This document shows, piece by piece, positions 41,101 through 54,500 of a DNA stretch of 64,000 nucleotides (positions within the stretch are counted from its first letter, which is position 1; every line of letters begins with the position of its first letter). The stretch comes from Auanema rhodensis. Taxonomy: Eukaryota > Animalia > Nematoda. The notes beneath the pieces were generated by a model. That model did no database searches. It was given only the letters and a program-made list of their open reading frames with translations, and was not told where the DNA came from. The position numbers were made by a program, and so were the translations under genes. The stretch is taken from NCBI GenBank assembly GCA_964057225.1, contig OZ059897.1, forward strand, positions 20,708,001 through 20,772,000, given 5' to 3'.

Positions 41101-44100
41101 AACATTGCTTCCAAAAACATTTTGACAAAAATTTTTTCGAAAAATTTCAAGATAATTTACCAAAAAGTAGATGTTTTTAGATTCCAGTTTTCAAGGCAAA
41201 GACGATAGACAATGTTATTCAACGAAAAAGTTAATTCTTCAGGGTGAAAATCGAGGATATAAGTGTGAACTTATATCAGTTGATATCTCGGTGCATTTTT
41301 AAGCTAGCGCAAATCTGATAACACAGATCGACGCAGCTTAAAAATCCGCATCGAATGCACTATACTACATTGAGAAAAGCTTAATACAAAAATTAGTTAT
41401 GATCGTTTGAAAAATGATGCATTAGTGTATGTTGAGTTTCCATGTACACTCAACATTGCTTCCAAAAACATTTTGACAAAAATTTTTTCGAAAAATTTCA
41501 AAATAATTTAGCAAAAAGTAGATGTTTTTAGATTCCTTTTTTCAAGGCAAAGACGATGGACAATGTTATTCAACGAAAAAATTAATTCTTCAGGGTGAAA
41601 ATCGAGGATATAAGTGTAAACTTATATCAGTTGATATCTCGGTGCATTTTTAAGCTAGCGCAAATCTGATAACACAGATCGACGCAGCTTAAAAATCCGC
41701 ATCGAATGCACTATACTACACTGAGAAACGCTTAATACAAAAATTAGTTATGATCGTTTGAAAAATGATGCATTAGTGTATGTTGAGTTTCCATGTACAC
41801 TCAACATTGCTTCCAAAAACATTTTGACAAAAATTTTTTCGAAAAATTTCAAAATAATTTAGCAAAAAGTAGATGTTTTTAGATTCCTTTTTTCAAGGCA
41901 AAGACGATGGACAATGTTATTCAACGAAAAAATTAATTCTTCAGGATGAAAATCGAGGATATAAGTGTGAACTTATATCAGTTGATATCTCGGTACATTT
42001 TTAAGCTAGCGCAAATCTGATAACACAGATCGACGCAGCTTAAAAATCCGCATCGAATGCACTATACTACATGGAAGAACGCTTAATACAAAAATTAGTT
42101 ATGATCGTTTGAAAAATGATGCATTAGTGTATGTTGAGTTTCCATGTACACTCAACATTGCTTCCAAAAACATTTTGACAAAAATTTTTTCGAAAAATTT
42201 CAAAATAATTTACCAAAAAGTAGATGTTTTTAGATTCCATTTTTCAAGGCAAAGACGATAGACAATGTTATTCAACGAAAAAGTTAATTCTTCAGGGTGA
42301 AAATCGAGGATATAAGTGTGAACTTATATCAGTTGATATCTCGGTGCATTTTTAAGCTAGCGCAAATTTGATAACACAGATCGACGCAGCTTAAAAATCC
42401 GCATCGAATGCACTATACTACATTGAAAAACGCTTAATACAAAAATTAGTTATGATCGTTTGAAAAATGATGCATTCGTGTATGTTGAGTTTCCATGTAC
42501 ACTCAACATTGCTTCCAAAAACATTTTGACAAAAATTTTTTCGAAAAATTTCAAAATAATTTAGCAAAAAGTAGATGTTTTTAGATTCCTTTTTTCAAGG
42601 CAAAGACGATGGACAATGTTATTCAACGAAAAAATTAATTCTTTAGGGTGAAAATCGAGGATATAAGTGTGAACTTATATCAGTTGATATCTCGGTGCAT
42701 TTTTAAGCTAGCGCAAATCTGATAACACAGATCGACGCAGCTTAAAAATCCGCATCGAATGCACTATACTACATGGAAGAACGCTAAATACAAAAATTAG
42801 TTATGATCGTTTGAAAAATGATGCATTAGTGTATGTTGAGTTTCCATGTACACTCAACATTGCTTCCAAAAATATTTTGACAAAAATTTTTTCGAAAAAT
42901 TTCAAGATAATTTACCAAAAAGTAGATGTTTTTAGATTCCATTTTTCAAGGCAAAGACGATAGACAATGTTATTCAACGAAAAAGTTAATTCTTCAGGGT
43001 GAAAATCGAGGATATAAGTGTGAACTTATATCAGTTGATATCTCGGTGCATTTTTAAGCTAGCGCAAATCTGATAACACAGATCGACGCAGCTTAAAAAT
43101 CCGCATCGAATGCACTATACTACATTGAGAAAAGCTTAATACAAAAATTAGTTATGATCGTTTGAAAAATGATGCATTAGTGTATGTTGAGTTTCCATGT
43201 ACACTCAACATTGCTTCCAAAAACATTTTGACAAAAATTTTTTCGAAAAATTTCAAAATAATTTAGCAAAAAGTAGATGTTTTTAGATTCCATTTTCAAG
43301 GCAAAGACGATAGACAATGTTATTCAACGAAAAAGTTAATTCTTCAGGGTGAAAATCGAGGATATAAGTGTGAACTTATATCAGTTGATATCTCGGTGCA
43401 TTTTTAAGCTAGCGCAAATCTGATAACACAGATCGACGCAGCTTAAAAATCCGCATCGAATGCACTATACTACATTGAGAAAAGCTTAATACAAAAATTA
43501 GTTATGATCGTTTGAAAAATGATGCATTAGTGTATGTTGGGTTTCCATGTACACTCAACATTGCTTCCAAAAACATTTTGACAAAAATTTTTTCGAAAAA
43601 TTTCAGAATAATTTAGCAAAAAGTAGATGTTTTTAGATTCCATTTTTCAAGGCAAAGACGATGGACAATGTTATTCAACGAAAAAATTAATTCTTCAGGG
43701 TGAAAATCGAGGATATAAGTGGAAACTTATATCAGTTGATATCTCGGTGCATTTTTAAGCTAGCGCAAATCTGATAACACAGATCGACGCAGCTTAAAAA
43801 TCCGCATCGAATGCACTATACTACATTGAGAAACGCTTAATACAAAAATTAGTTATGATCGTTTGAAAAATGATGCATTAGTGTATGTTGAGTTTCCATG
43901 TACACTCAACATTGCTTCCAAAAACAATTTGACAAAAATTTTTTCGAAAAATTTCAAAATAATTTACCAAAAAGTAGATGTTTTTAGATTCCATTTTTCA
44001 AGGCAAAGACGATAGACAATGTTATTCAACGAAAAAGTTAATTCTTCAGGGTGAAAATCGAGGATATAAGTGTGAACTTATATCAGTTGATATCTCGGTG

Positions 44101-47033
44101 CATTTTTAAGCTAGCGCAAATCTGATAACACAGATCGACGCAGCTTAAAAATCCGCATCGAATGCACTATACTACATTGAAAAACGCTTAATACAAAAAT
44201 TAGTTATGATCGTTTGAAAAATGATGCATTAGTGTATGTTGAGTTTCCATGTACACTCAACATTGCTTCCAAAAACATTTTGACAAAAATTTTTTCGAAA
44301 AATTTCAAAATAATTTAGCAAAAAGTAGATGTTTTTAGATTCCTTTTTTCAAGGCAAAGACGATGGACAATGTTATTCAACGAAAAAATTAATTCTTCAG
44401 GATGAAAATCGAGGATATAAGTGTAAACTTATATCAGTTGATATCTCGGTACATTTTTAAGCTAGCGCAAATCTGATAACACAGATCGACGCAGCTTAAA
44501 AATCCGCATCGAATGCACTATACTACATGGAAGAACGCTTAATACAAAAATTAGTTATGATCGTTTGAAAAATGATGCATTAGTGTATGTTGAGTTTCCA
44601 TGTACACTCAACATTGCTTCCAAAAACATTTTGACAAAAATTTTTTCGAAAAATTTCAAAATAATTTACCAAAAAGTAGATGTTTTTAGATTCCATTTTT
44701 CAAGGCAAAGACGATAGACAATGTTATTCAACGAAAAAGTTAATTCTTCAGGGTGAAAATCGAGGATATAAGTGTGAACTTATATCAGTTGATATCTCGG
44801 TGCATTTTTAAGCTAGCGCAAATCTGATAACACAGATCGACGCAGCTTAAAAATCCGCATCGAATGCACTATACTACATTGAAAAACGCTTAATACAAAA
44901 ATTAGTTATGATCGTTTGAAAAATGATGCATTCGTGTATGTTGAGTTTCCATGTACACTCAACATTGCTTCCAAAAACATTTTGACAAAAATTTTTTCGA
45001 AAAATTTCAAAATAATTTAGCAAAAAGTAGATGTTTTTAGATTCTTTTTTTCAAGGCAAAGACGATGGACAATGTTATTCAACGAAAAAATTAATTCTTC
45101 AGGGTGAAAATCGAGGATATAAGTGTAAACTTATATCAGTTGATATCTCGGTGCATTTTTAAGCTAGCGCAAATCTGATAACACAGATCGACGCAGCTTA
45201 AAAATTCGCATCGAATGCACTATACTACACTGAGAAACGCTTAATACAAAAATTAGTTATGATCGTTTGAAAAATGATGCATTAGTGTATGTTGAGTTTC
45301 CATGTACACTCAACATTGCTTCCAAAAACATTTTGACAAAAATTTTTTCGAAAAATTTCAAAATAATTTAGCAAAAAGTAGATGTTTTTAGATTCCTTTT
45401 TTCAAGGCAAAGACGATGGACAATGTTATTCAACGAAAAAATTAATTCTTCAGGATGAAAATCGAGGATATAAGTGTGAACTTATATCAGTTGATATCTC
45501 GGTACATTTTTAAGCTAGCGCAAATCTGATAACACAGATCGACGCAGCTTAAAAATCCGCATCGAATGCACTATACTACATGGAAGAACGCTTAATACAA
45601 AAACTAGTTATGATCGTTTGAAAAATGATGCATTAGTGTATGTTGAGTTTCCATGTACACTCAACATTGCTTCCAAAAACATTTTGACAAAAATTTTTTC
45701 GAAAAATTTCAAAATAATTTACCAAAAAGTAGATGTTTTTAGATTCCATTTTTCAAGGCAAAGACGATAGACAATGTTATTCAACGAAAAAATTAATTCT
45801 TCAGGGTGAAAATCGAGGATATAAGTGTAAACTTATATCAGTTGATATCTCGGTGCATTTTTAAGCTAGCGCAAATCTGATAACACAGATCGACGCAGCT
45901 TAAAAATCCGCATCGAATGCACTATACTACATTGAAAAACGCTTAATACAAAAATTAGTTATGATCGTTTGAAAAATGATGCATTCGTGTATGTTGAGTT
46001 TCCATGTACACTCAACATTGCTTCCAAAAACATTTTGACAAAAATTTTTTCGAAAAATTTCAAGATAATTTAGCAAAAAGTAGATGTTTTTAGATTCCTT
46101 TTTTCAAGGCAAAGACGATGGACAATGTTATTCAACGAAAAAATTAATTCTTCAGGGTGAAAATCGAGGATATAAGTGTAAACTTATATCAGTTGATATC
46201 TCGGTGCATTTTTAAGCTAGCGCAAATCTGATAACACAGATCGACGCAGCTTAAAAATTCGCATCGAATGCACTATACTACACTGAGAAACGCTTAATAC
46301 AAAAATTAGTTATGATCGTTTGAAAAATGATGCATTAGTGTATGTTGAGTTTCCATGTACACTCAACATTGCTTCCAAAAACATTTTGACAAAAATTTTT
46401 TCGAAAAATTTCAAAATAATTTAGCAAAAAGTAGATGTTTTTAGATTCCTTTTTTCAAGGCAAAGACGATGGACAATGTTATTCAACGAAAAAATTAATT
46501 CTTCAGGATGAAAATCGAGGATATAAGTGTGAACTTATATCAGTTGATATCTCGGTACATTTTTAAGCTAGCGCAAATCTGATAACACAGATCGACGCAG
46601 CTTAAAAATCCGCATCGAATGCACTATACTACATGGAAGAACGCTTAATACAAAAACTAGTTATGATCGTTTGAAAAATGATGCATTAGTGTATGTTGAG
46701 TTTCCATGTACACTCAACATTGCTTCCAAAAACATTTTGACAAAAATTTTTTCGAAAAATTTCAAGATAATTTACCAAAAAGTAGATGTTTTTAGATTCC
46801 ATTTTTCAAGGCAAAGACGATAGACAATGTTATTCAACGAAAAAGTTAATTCTTCAGGGTGAAAATCGAGGATATAAGTGTGAACTTATATCAGTTGATA
46901 TCTCGGTGCATTTTTAAGCTAGCGCAAATCTGATAACACAGATCGACGCAGCTTAAAAATCCGCATCGAATGCACTATACTACATTGAGAAAAGCTTAAT
47001 ACAAAAATTAGTTATAATCGTTTGAAAAATGAT

Positions 47034-50000
47034 GCATTAGTGTATGTTGAGTTTCCATGTACACTCAACATTGCTTCCAAAAACATTTTGACAAAAATTT
47101 TTTCGAAAAATTTCAAAATAATTTAGCAAAAAATAGATGTTTTTAGATTCCTTTTTTCAAGGCAAAGACGATGGACAATGTTATTCAACGAAAAAATTAA
47201 TTCTTCAGGGTGAAAATCGAGGATATAAGTGTGAACTTATATCAGTTGATATCTCGGTACATTTTTAAGCTAGCGCAAATCTGATAACACAGATCGACGC
47301 AGCTTAAAAATCCGCATCGAATGCACTATACTACATGGAAGAACGCTAAATACAAAAATTAGTTATGATCGTTTGAAAAATGATGCATTAGTGTATGTTG
47401 AGTTTCCATGTACACTCAACATTGCTTCCAAAAACATTTTGACAAAAATTTTTTCGAAAAATTTCAAGATAATTTAGCAAAAAGTAGATGTTTTTAGATT
47501 CCATTTTTCAAGGCAAAGACGATGGACAATGTTATTCAACGAAAAAATTAATTCTTCAGGGTGAAAATCGAGGATATAAGTGTGAACTTATATCAGTTGA
47601 TATCTCGGTGCATTTTTAAGCTAGCGCAAATCTGATAACACAGATCGACGCAGCTTAAAAATCCGCATCGAATGCACTATACTACATTGAGAAACGCTTA
47701 ATACAAAAATTAGTTATGATCGTTTGAAAAATGATGCATTAGTGTATGTTGAGTTTCCATCTACACTCAACATTGCTTCCAAAAACATTTTGACAAAAAT
47801 TTTTTCGAAAAATTTCAAAATAATTTAGCGAAAAGTAGATGTTTTTAGATTCGATTTTTCAAGGCAAAGACGATGGACAATGTTATTCAACGAAAAAATT
47901 AATTCTTCAGGATGAAAATCGAGGATATAAGTGTGAACTTATATCAGTTGATATCTCGGTGCATTTTTAAGCTAGCGCAAATCTGATAACACAGATCGAC
48001 GCAGCTTAAAAATCCGCATCGAATGCACTATACTACATTGATAAAAGCTTAATACAAAAATTAGTTATGATCGTTTGAAAAATGATGCATTAGTGTATGT
48101 TGAGTTTCCATGTACACTCAACATTGCTTCCAAAAACATTTTGACAAAAATTTTTTCGAAAAATTTCAAAATAATTTAGCAAAAAATAGATGTTTTTAGA
48201 TTCCTTTTTTCAAGGCAAAGACGATGGACAATGTTATTCAACGAAAAAATTAATTCTTCAGGGTGAAAATCGAGGATATAAGTGTGAACTTATATCAGTT
48301 GATATCTCGGTACATTTTTAAGCTAGCGCAAATCTGATAACACAGATCGACGCAGCTTAAAAATCCGCATCGAATGCACTATACTACATGGAAGAACGCT
48401 AAATACAAAAATTAGTTATGATCGTTTGAAAAATGATGCATTAGTGTATGTTGAGTTTCCATGTACACTCAACATTGCTTCCAAAAACATTTTGACAAAA
48501 ATTTTTTCGAAAAATTTCAAGATAATTTAGCAAAAAGTAGATGTTTTTAGATTCCATTTTTCAAGGCAAAGACGACGGACAATGTTATTCAACGAAAAAA
48601 TTAATTCTTCAGGGTGAAAATCGAGGATATAAGTGTGAACTTATATCAGTTGATATCTCGGTGCATTTTTAAGCTAGCGCAAATCTGATAACACAGATCG
48701 ACGCAGCTTAAAAATCCGCATCGAATGCACTATACTACATTGAGAAACGCTTAATACAAAAATTAGTTATGATCGTTTGAAAAATGATGCATTAGTGTAT
48801 GTTGAGTTTCCATCTACACTCAACATTGCTTCCAAAAACATTTTGACAAAAATTTTTTCGAAAAATTTCAAAATAATTTAGCGAAAAGTAGATGTTTTTA
48901 GATTCGATTTTTCAAGGCAAAGACGATGGACAATGTTATTCAACGAAAAAATTAATTCTTCAGGATGAAAATCGAGGATATAAGTGTGAACTTATATCAG
49001 TTGATATCTCGGTGCATTTTTAAGCTAGCGCAAATCTGATAACACAGATCGACGCAGCTTAAAAATCCGCATCGAATGCACTATACTACATTGAAAAACG
49101 CTTAATACAAAAATTAGTTATGATCGTTTGAAAAATGATGCATTCGTGTATGTTGAGTTTCCATGTACACTCAACATTGCTTCCAAAAATATTTTGACAA
49201 AAATTTTTTCGAAAAATTTCAAAATAATTTAGCAAAAAGTAGATGTTTTTAGATTCGATTTTTCAAGGCAAAGACGATAGACAATGTTATTCAACGAAAA
49301 AGTTAATTCTTCAGGGTGAAAATCGAGGATATAAGTGTGAACTTATATCAGTTGATATCTCGGTGCATTTTTAAGCTAGCGCAAATCTGATAACACAGAT
49401 CGACGCAGCTTAAAAATCCGCATCGAATGCACTATACTACATTGAGAAAAGCTTAATACAAAAATTAGTTATAATCGTTTGAAAAATGATGCATTAGTGT
49501 ATGTTGAGTTTCCATGTACACTCAACATTGCTTCCAAAAACATTTTGACAAAAATTTTTTCGAAAAATTTCAAAATAATTTAGCAAAAAATAGATGTTTT
49601 TAGATTCCTTTTTTCAAGGCAAAGACGATGGACAATGTTATTCAACGAAAAAATTAATTCTTCAGGGTGAAAATCGAGGATATAAGTGTGAACTTATATC
49701 AGTTGATATCTCGGTACATTTTTAAGCTAGCGCAAATCTGATAACACAGATCGACGCAGCTTAAAAATCCGCATCGAATGCACTATACTACATGGAAGAA
49801 CGCTAAATACAAAAATTAGTTATGATCGTTTGAAAAATGATGCATTAGTGTATGTTGAGTTTCCATGTACACTCAACATTGCTTCCAAAAACATTTTGAC
49901 AAAAATTTTTTCGAAAAATTTCAAGATAATTTAGCAAAAAGTAGATGTTTTTAGATTCCATTTTTCAAGGCAAAGACGATGGACAATGTTATTCAACGAA

Positions 50001-51596
50001 AAAATTAATTCTTCAGGGTGAAAATCGAGGATATAAGTGTGAACTTATATCAGTTGATATCTCGGTGCATTTTTAAGCTAGCGCAAATCTGATAACACAG
50101 ATCGACGCAGCTTAAAAATCCGCATCGAATGCACTATACTACATTGAGAAACGCTTAATACAAAAATTAGTTATGATCGTTTGAAAAATGATGCATTAGT
50201 GTATGTTGAGTTTCCATCTACACTCAACATTGCTTCCAAAAACATTTTGACAAAAATTTTTTCGAAAAATTTCAAAATAATTTAGCGAAAAGTAGATGTT
50301 TTTAGATTCGATTTTTCAAGGCAAAGACGATGGACAATGTTATTCAACGAAAAAATTAATTCTTCAGGATGAAAATCGAGGATATAAGTGTGAACTTATA
50401 TCAGTTGATATCTCGGTGCATTTTTAAGCTAGCGCAAATCTGATAACACAGATCGACGCAGCTTAAAAATCCGCATCGAATGCACTATACTACATTGAGA
50501 AAAGCTTAATACAAAAATTAGTTATGATCGTTTGAAAAATGATGCATTAGTGTATGTTGAGTTTCCATGTACACTCAACATTGCTTCCAAAAACATTTTG
50601 ACAAAAATTTTTTCGAAAAATTTCAAAATAATTTAGCAAAAAATAGATGTTTTTAGATTCCTTTTTTCAAGGCAAAGACGATGGACAATGTTATTCAACG
50701 AAAAAATTAATTCTTCAGGGTGAAAATCGAGGATATAAGTGTGAACTTATATCAGTTGATATCTCGGTACATTTTTAAGCTAGCGCAAATCTGATAACAC
50801 AGATCGACGCAGCTTAAAAATCCGCATCGAATGCACTATACTACATGGAAGAACGCTAAATACAAAAATTAGTTATGATCGTTTGAAAAATGATGCATTA
50901 GTGTATGTTGAGTTTCCATGTACACTCAACATTGCTTCCAAAAACATTTTGACAAAAATTTTTTCGAAAAATTTCAAGATAATTTAGCAAAAAGTAGATG
51001 TTTTTAGATTCCATTTTTCAAGGCAAAGACGATGGACAATGTTATTCAACGAAAAAATTAATTCTTCAGGGTGAAAATCGAGGATATAAGTGTGAACTTA
51101 TATCAGTTGATATCTCGGTGCATTTTTAAGCTAGCGCAAATCTGATAACACAGATCGACGCAGCTTAAAAATCCGCATCGAATGCACTATACTACATTGA
51201 GAAACGCTTAATACAAAAATTAGTTATGATCGTTTGAAAAATGATGCATTAGTGTATGTTGAGTTTCCATCTACACTCAACATTGCTTCCAAAAACATTT
51301 TGACAAAAATTTTTTCGAAAAATTTCAAAATAATTTAGCGAAAAGTAGATGTTTTTAGATTCGATTTTTCAAGGCAAAGACGATGGACAATGTTATTCAA
51401 CGAAAAAATTAATTCTTCAGGATGAAAATCGAGGATATAAGTGTGAACTTATATCAGTTGATATCTCGGTGCATTTTTAAGCTAGCGCAAATCTGATAAC
51501 ACAGATCGACGCAGCTTAAAAATCCGCATCGAATGCACTATACTACATTGAAAAACGCTTAATACAAAAATTAGTTATGATCGTTTGAAAAATGAT
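47034..51596. repeat. Second trimer higher-order repeat (different subtypes), four cycles with one intervening monomer
   Basis: V (AAAAATAG, GTAC, GCTAAAT) > W (AAGAT, CCAT) > U (CATCTAC, TAGCG, TCGAT) starting at 47034, 48087, 49491 and 50544. Confidence 0.8.
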
Positions 51597-54500
51597 GCAT
51601 TAGTGTATGTTGAGTTTCCATGTACACTCAACATTGCTTCCAAAAACATTTTGACAAAAATTTTTTCGAAAAATTTCAAGATAATTTACCAAAAAGTAGA
51701 TGTTTTTAGATTCCATTTTTCAAGGCAAAGACGATAGACAATGTTATTCAACGAAAAAGTTAATTCTTCAGGGTGAAAATCGAGGATATAAGTGTGAACT
51801 TATATCAGTTGATATCTCGGTGCATTTTTAAGCTAGCGCAAATCTGATAACACAGATCGACGCAGCTTAAAAATCCGCATCGAATGCACTATACTACATT
51901 GAGAAAAGCTTAATACAAAAATTAGTTATGATCGTTTGAAAAATGATGCATTAGTGTATGTTGAGTTTCCATGTACACTCAACATTGCTTCCAAAAACAT
52001 TTTGACAAAAATTTTTTCGAAAAATTTCAAAATAATTTAGCAAAAAGTAGATGTTTTTAGATTCCATTTTTCAAGGCAAAGACGATAGACAATGTTATTC
52101 AACGAAAAAGTTAATTCTTCAGGGTGAAAATCGAGGATATAAGTGTGAACTTATATCAGTTGATATCTCGGTGCATTTTTAAGCTAGCGCAAATCTGATA
52201 ACACAGATCGACGCAGCTTAAAAATCCGCATCGAATGCACTATACTACATTGAGAAAAGCTTAATACAAAAATTAGTTATGATCGTTTGAAAAATGATGC
52301 ATTAGTGTATGTTGGGTTTCCATGTACACTCAACATTGCTTCCAAAAACATTTTGACAAAAATTTTTTCGAAAAATTTCAAAATAATTTAGCAAAAAGTA
52401 GATGTTTTTAGATTCCATTTTTCAAGGCAAAGACGATGGACAATGTTATTCAACGAAAAAATTAATTCTTCAGGGTGAAAATCGAGGATATAAGTGTGAA
52501 CTTATATCAGTTGATATCTCGGTGCATTTTTAAGCTAGCGCAAATCTGATAACACAGATCGACGCAGCTTAAAAATCCGCATCGAATGCACTATACTACA
52601 TTGAGAAACGCTTGATACAAAAATTAGTTATGATCGTTTGAAAAATGATGCATTAGTGTATGTTGAGTTTCCATGTACACTCAACATTGCTTCCAAAAAC
52701 ATTTTGACAAAAATTTTTTCGAAAAATTTCAAAATAATTTAGCAAAAAGTAGATGTTTTTAGATTCCTTTTTTCAAGGCAAAGACGATGGACAATAACAT
52801 TCAACGAAAAAATTATTTCTTCAGGGTGAAAATCGAGGATATAAGTGTGAACTTATATCAGTTGATATCTCGGTGCATTTTTAAGCTAGCGCAAATCTGA
52901 TAACACAGATCGACGCAGCTTAAAAATCCGCATCGAATGCACTATACTACATTGAAAAACGCTTGATACAAAAATTAGTTATGATCGTTTGAAAAATGAT
53001 GCATTAGTGTATGTTGAGTTTCCATGTACACTCAACATTGCTTCCAAAAACATTTTGACAAAAATTTTTTCGAAAAATTTCAAAATAATTTAGCAAAAAG
53101 TAGATGTTTTTAGATTCCATTTTTCAAGGCAAAGACGATGGACAATGTTATTCAACGAAAAAATTATTTCTTCAGGGTGAAAATCGAGGATATAAGTGTG
53201 AACTTATATCAGTTGATATCTCGGTGCATTTTTAAGCTAGCGCAAATCTGATAACACAGATCGACGCAGCTTGAAAATCCGCATCGAATGCACTATACTA
53301 CATTGAGAAAAGCTTAATACAAAAATTAGTTATGATCGTTTGAAAAATGATGCATTAGTGTATGTTGAGTTTCCATGTACACTCAACATTGCTTCCAAAA
53401 ACATTTTGACAAAAATTTTTTCGAAAAATTTCAAAATAATTTAGCAAAAAGTAGATGTTTTTAGACTCCATTTTTCAAGGCAAAGACGATGGACAATGTT
53501 ATTCAACGAAAAAATTAATTCTTCAGGGTGAAAATCGAGGATATAAGTGTGAACTTATATCAGTTGATATCTCGGTGCATTTTTAAGCAAGCGCAAATCT
53601 GATAACACAGATCGACGCAGCTTAAAAATCCGCATCGAATGCACTATACTACATTGAAAAACGCTTAATACAAAAATTAGTTATGATCGTTTGAAAAATG
53701 ATGCATTAGTGTATGTTGAGTTTCCATGTACACTCAACATTGCTTCCAAAAACATTTTGACAAAAATTTTTTCGAAAAATTTCAAAATAATTTAGCAAAA
53801 AGTAGATGTTTTTAGACTCCATTTTTCAAGGCAAAGACGATGGACAATGTTATTCAACGAAAAAATTAATTCTTCAGGGTGAAAATCGAGGATATAAGTG
53901 TGAACTTATATCAGTTGATATCTCGGTGCATTTTTAAGCAAGCGCAAATCTGATAACACAGATCGACGCAGCTTAAAAATCCGCATCGAATGCACTATAC
54001 TACATTGAAAAACGCTTAATACAAAAATTAGTTATGATCGTTTGAAAAATGATGCATTAGTGTATGTTGAGTTTCCATGTACACTCAACATTGCTTCCAA
54101 AAACATTTTGACAAAAATTTTTTCGAAAAATTTCAAAATAATTTAGCAAAAAGTAGATGTTTTTAGATTCCATTTTTCAAGGCAAAGACGATGGACAATG
54201 TTATTCAACGAAAAAATTAATTCTTCAGGGTGAAAATCGAGGATATAAGTGTGAACTTATATCAGTTGATATCTCGGTGCATTTTTAAGCTAGCGCAAAT
54301 CTGATAACACAGATCGACGCAGCTTGAAAATCCGCATCGAATGCACTATACTACATTGAGAAAAGCTTAATACAAAAATTAGTTATGATCGTTTGAAAAA
54401 TGATGCATTAGTGTATGTTGAGTTTCCATGTACACTCAACATTGCTTCCAAAAACATTTTGACAAAAATTTTTTCGAAAAATTTCAAAATAATTTAGCAA

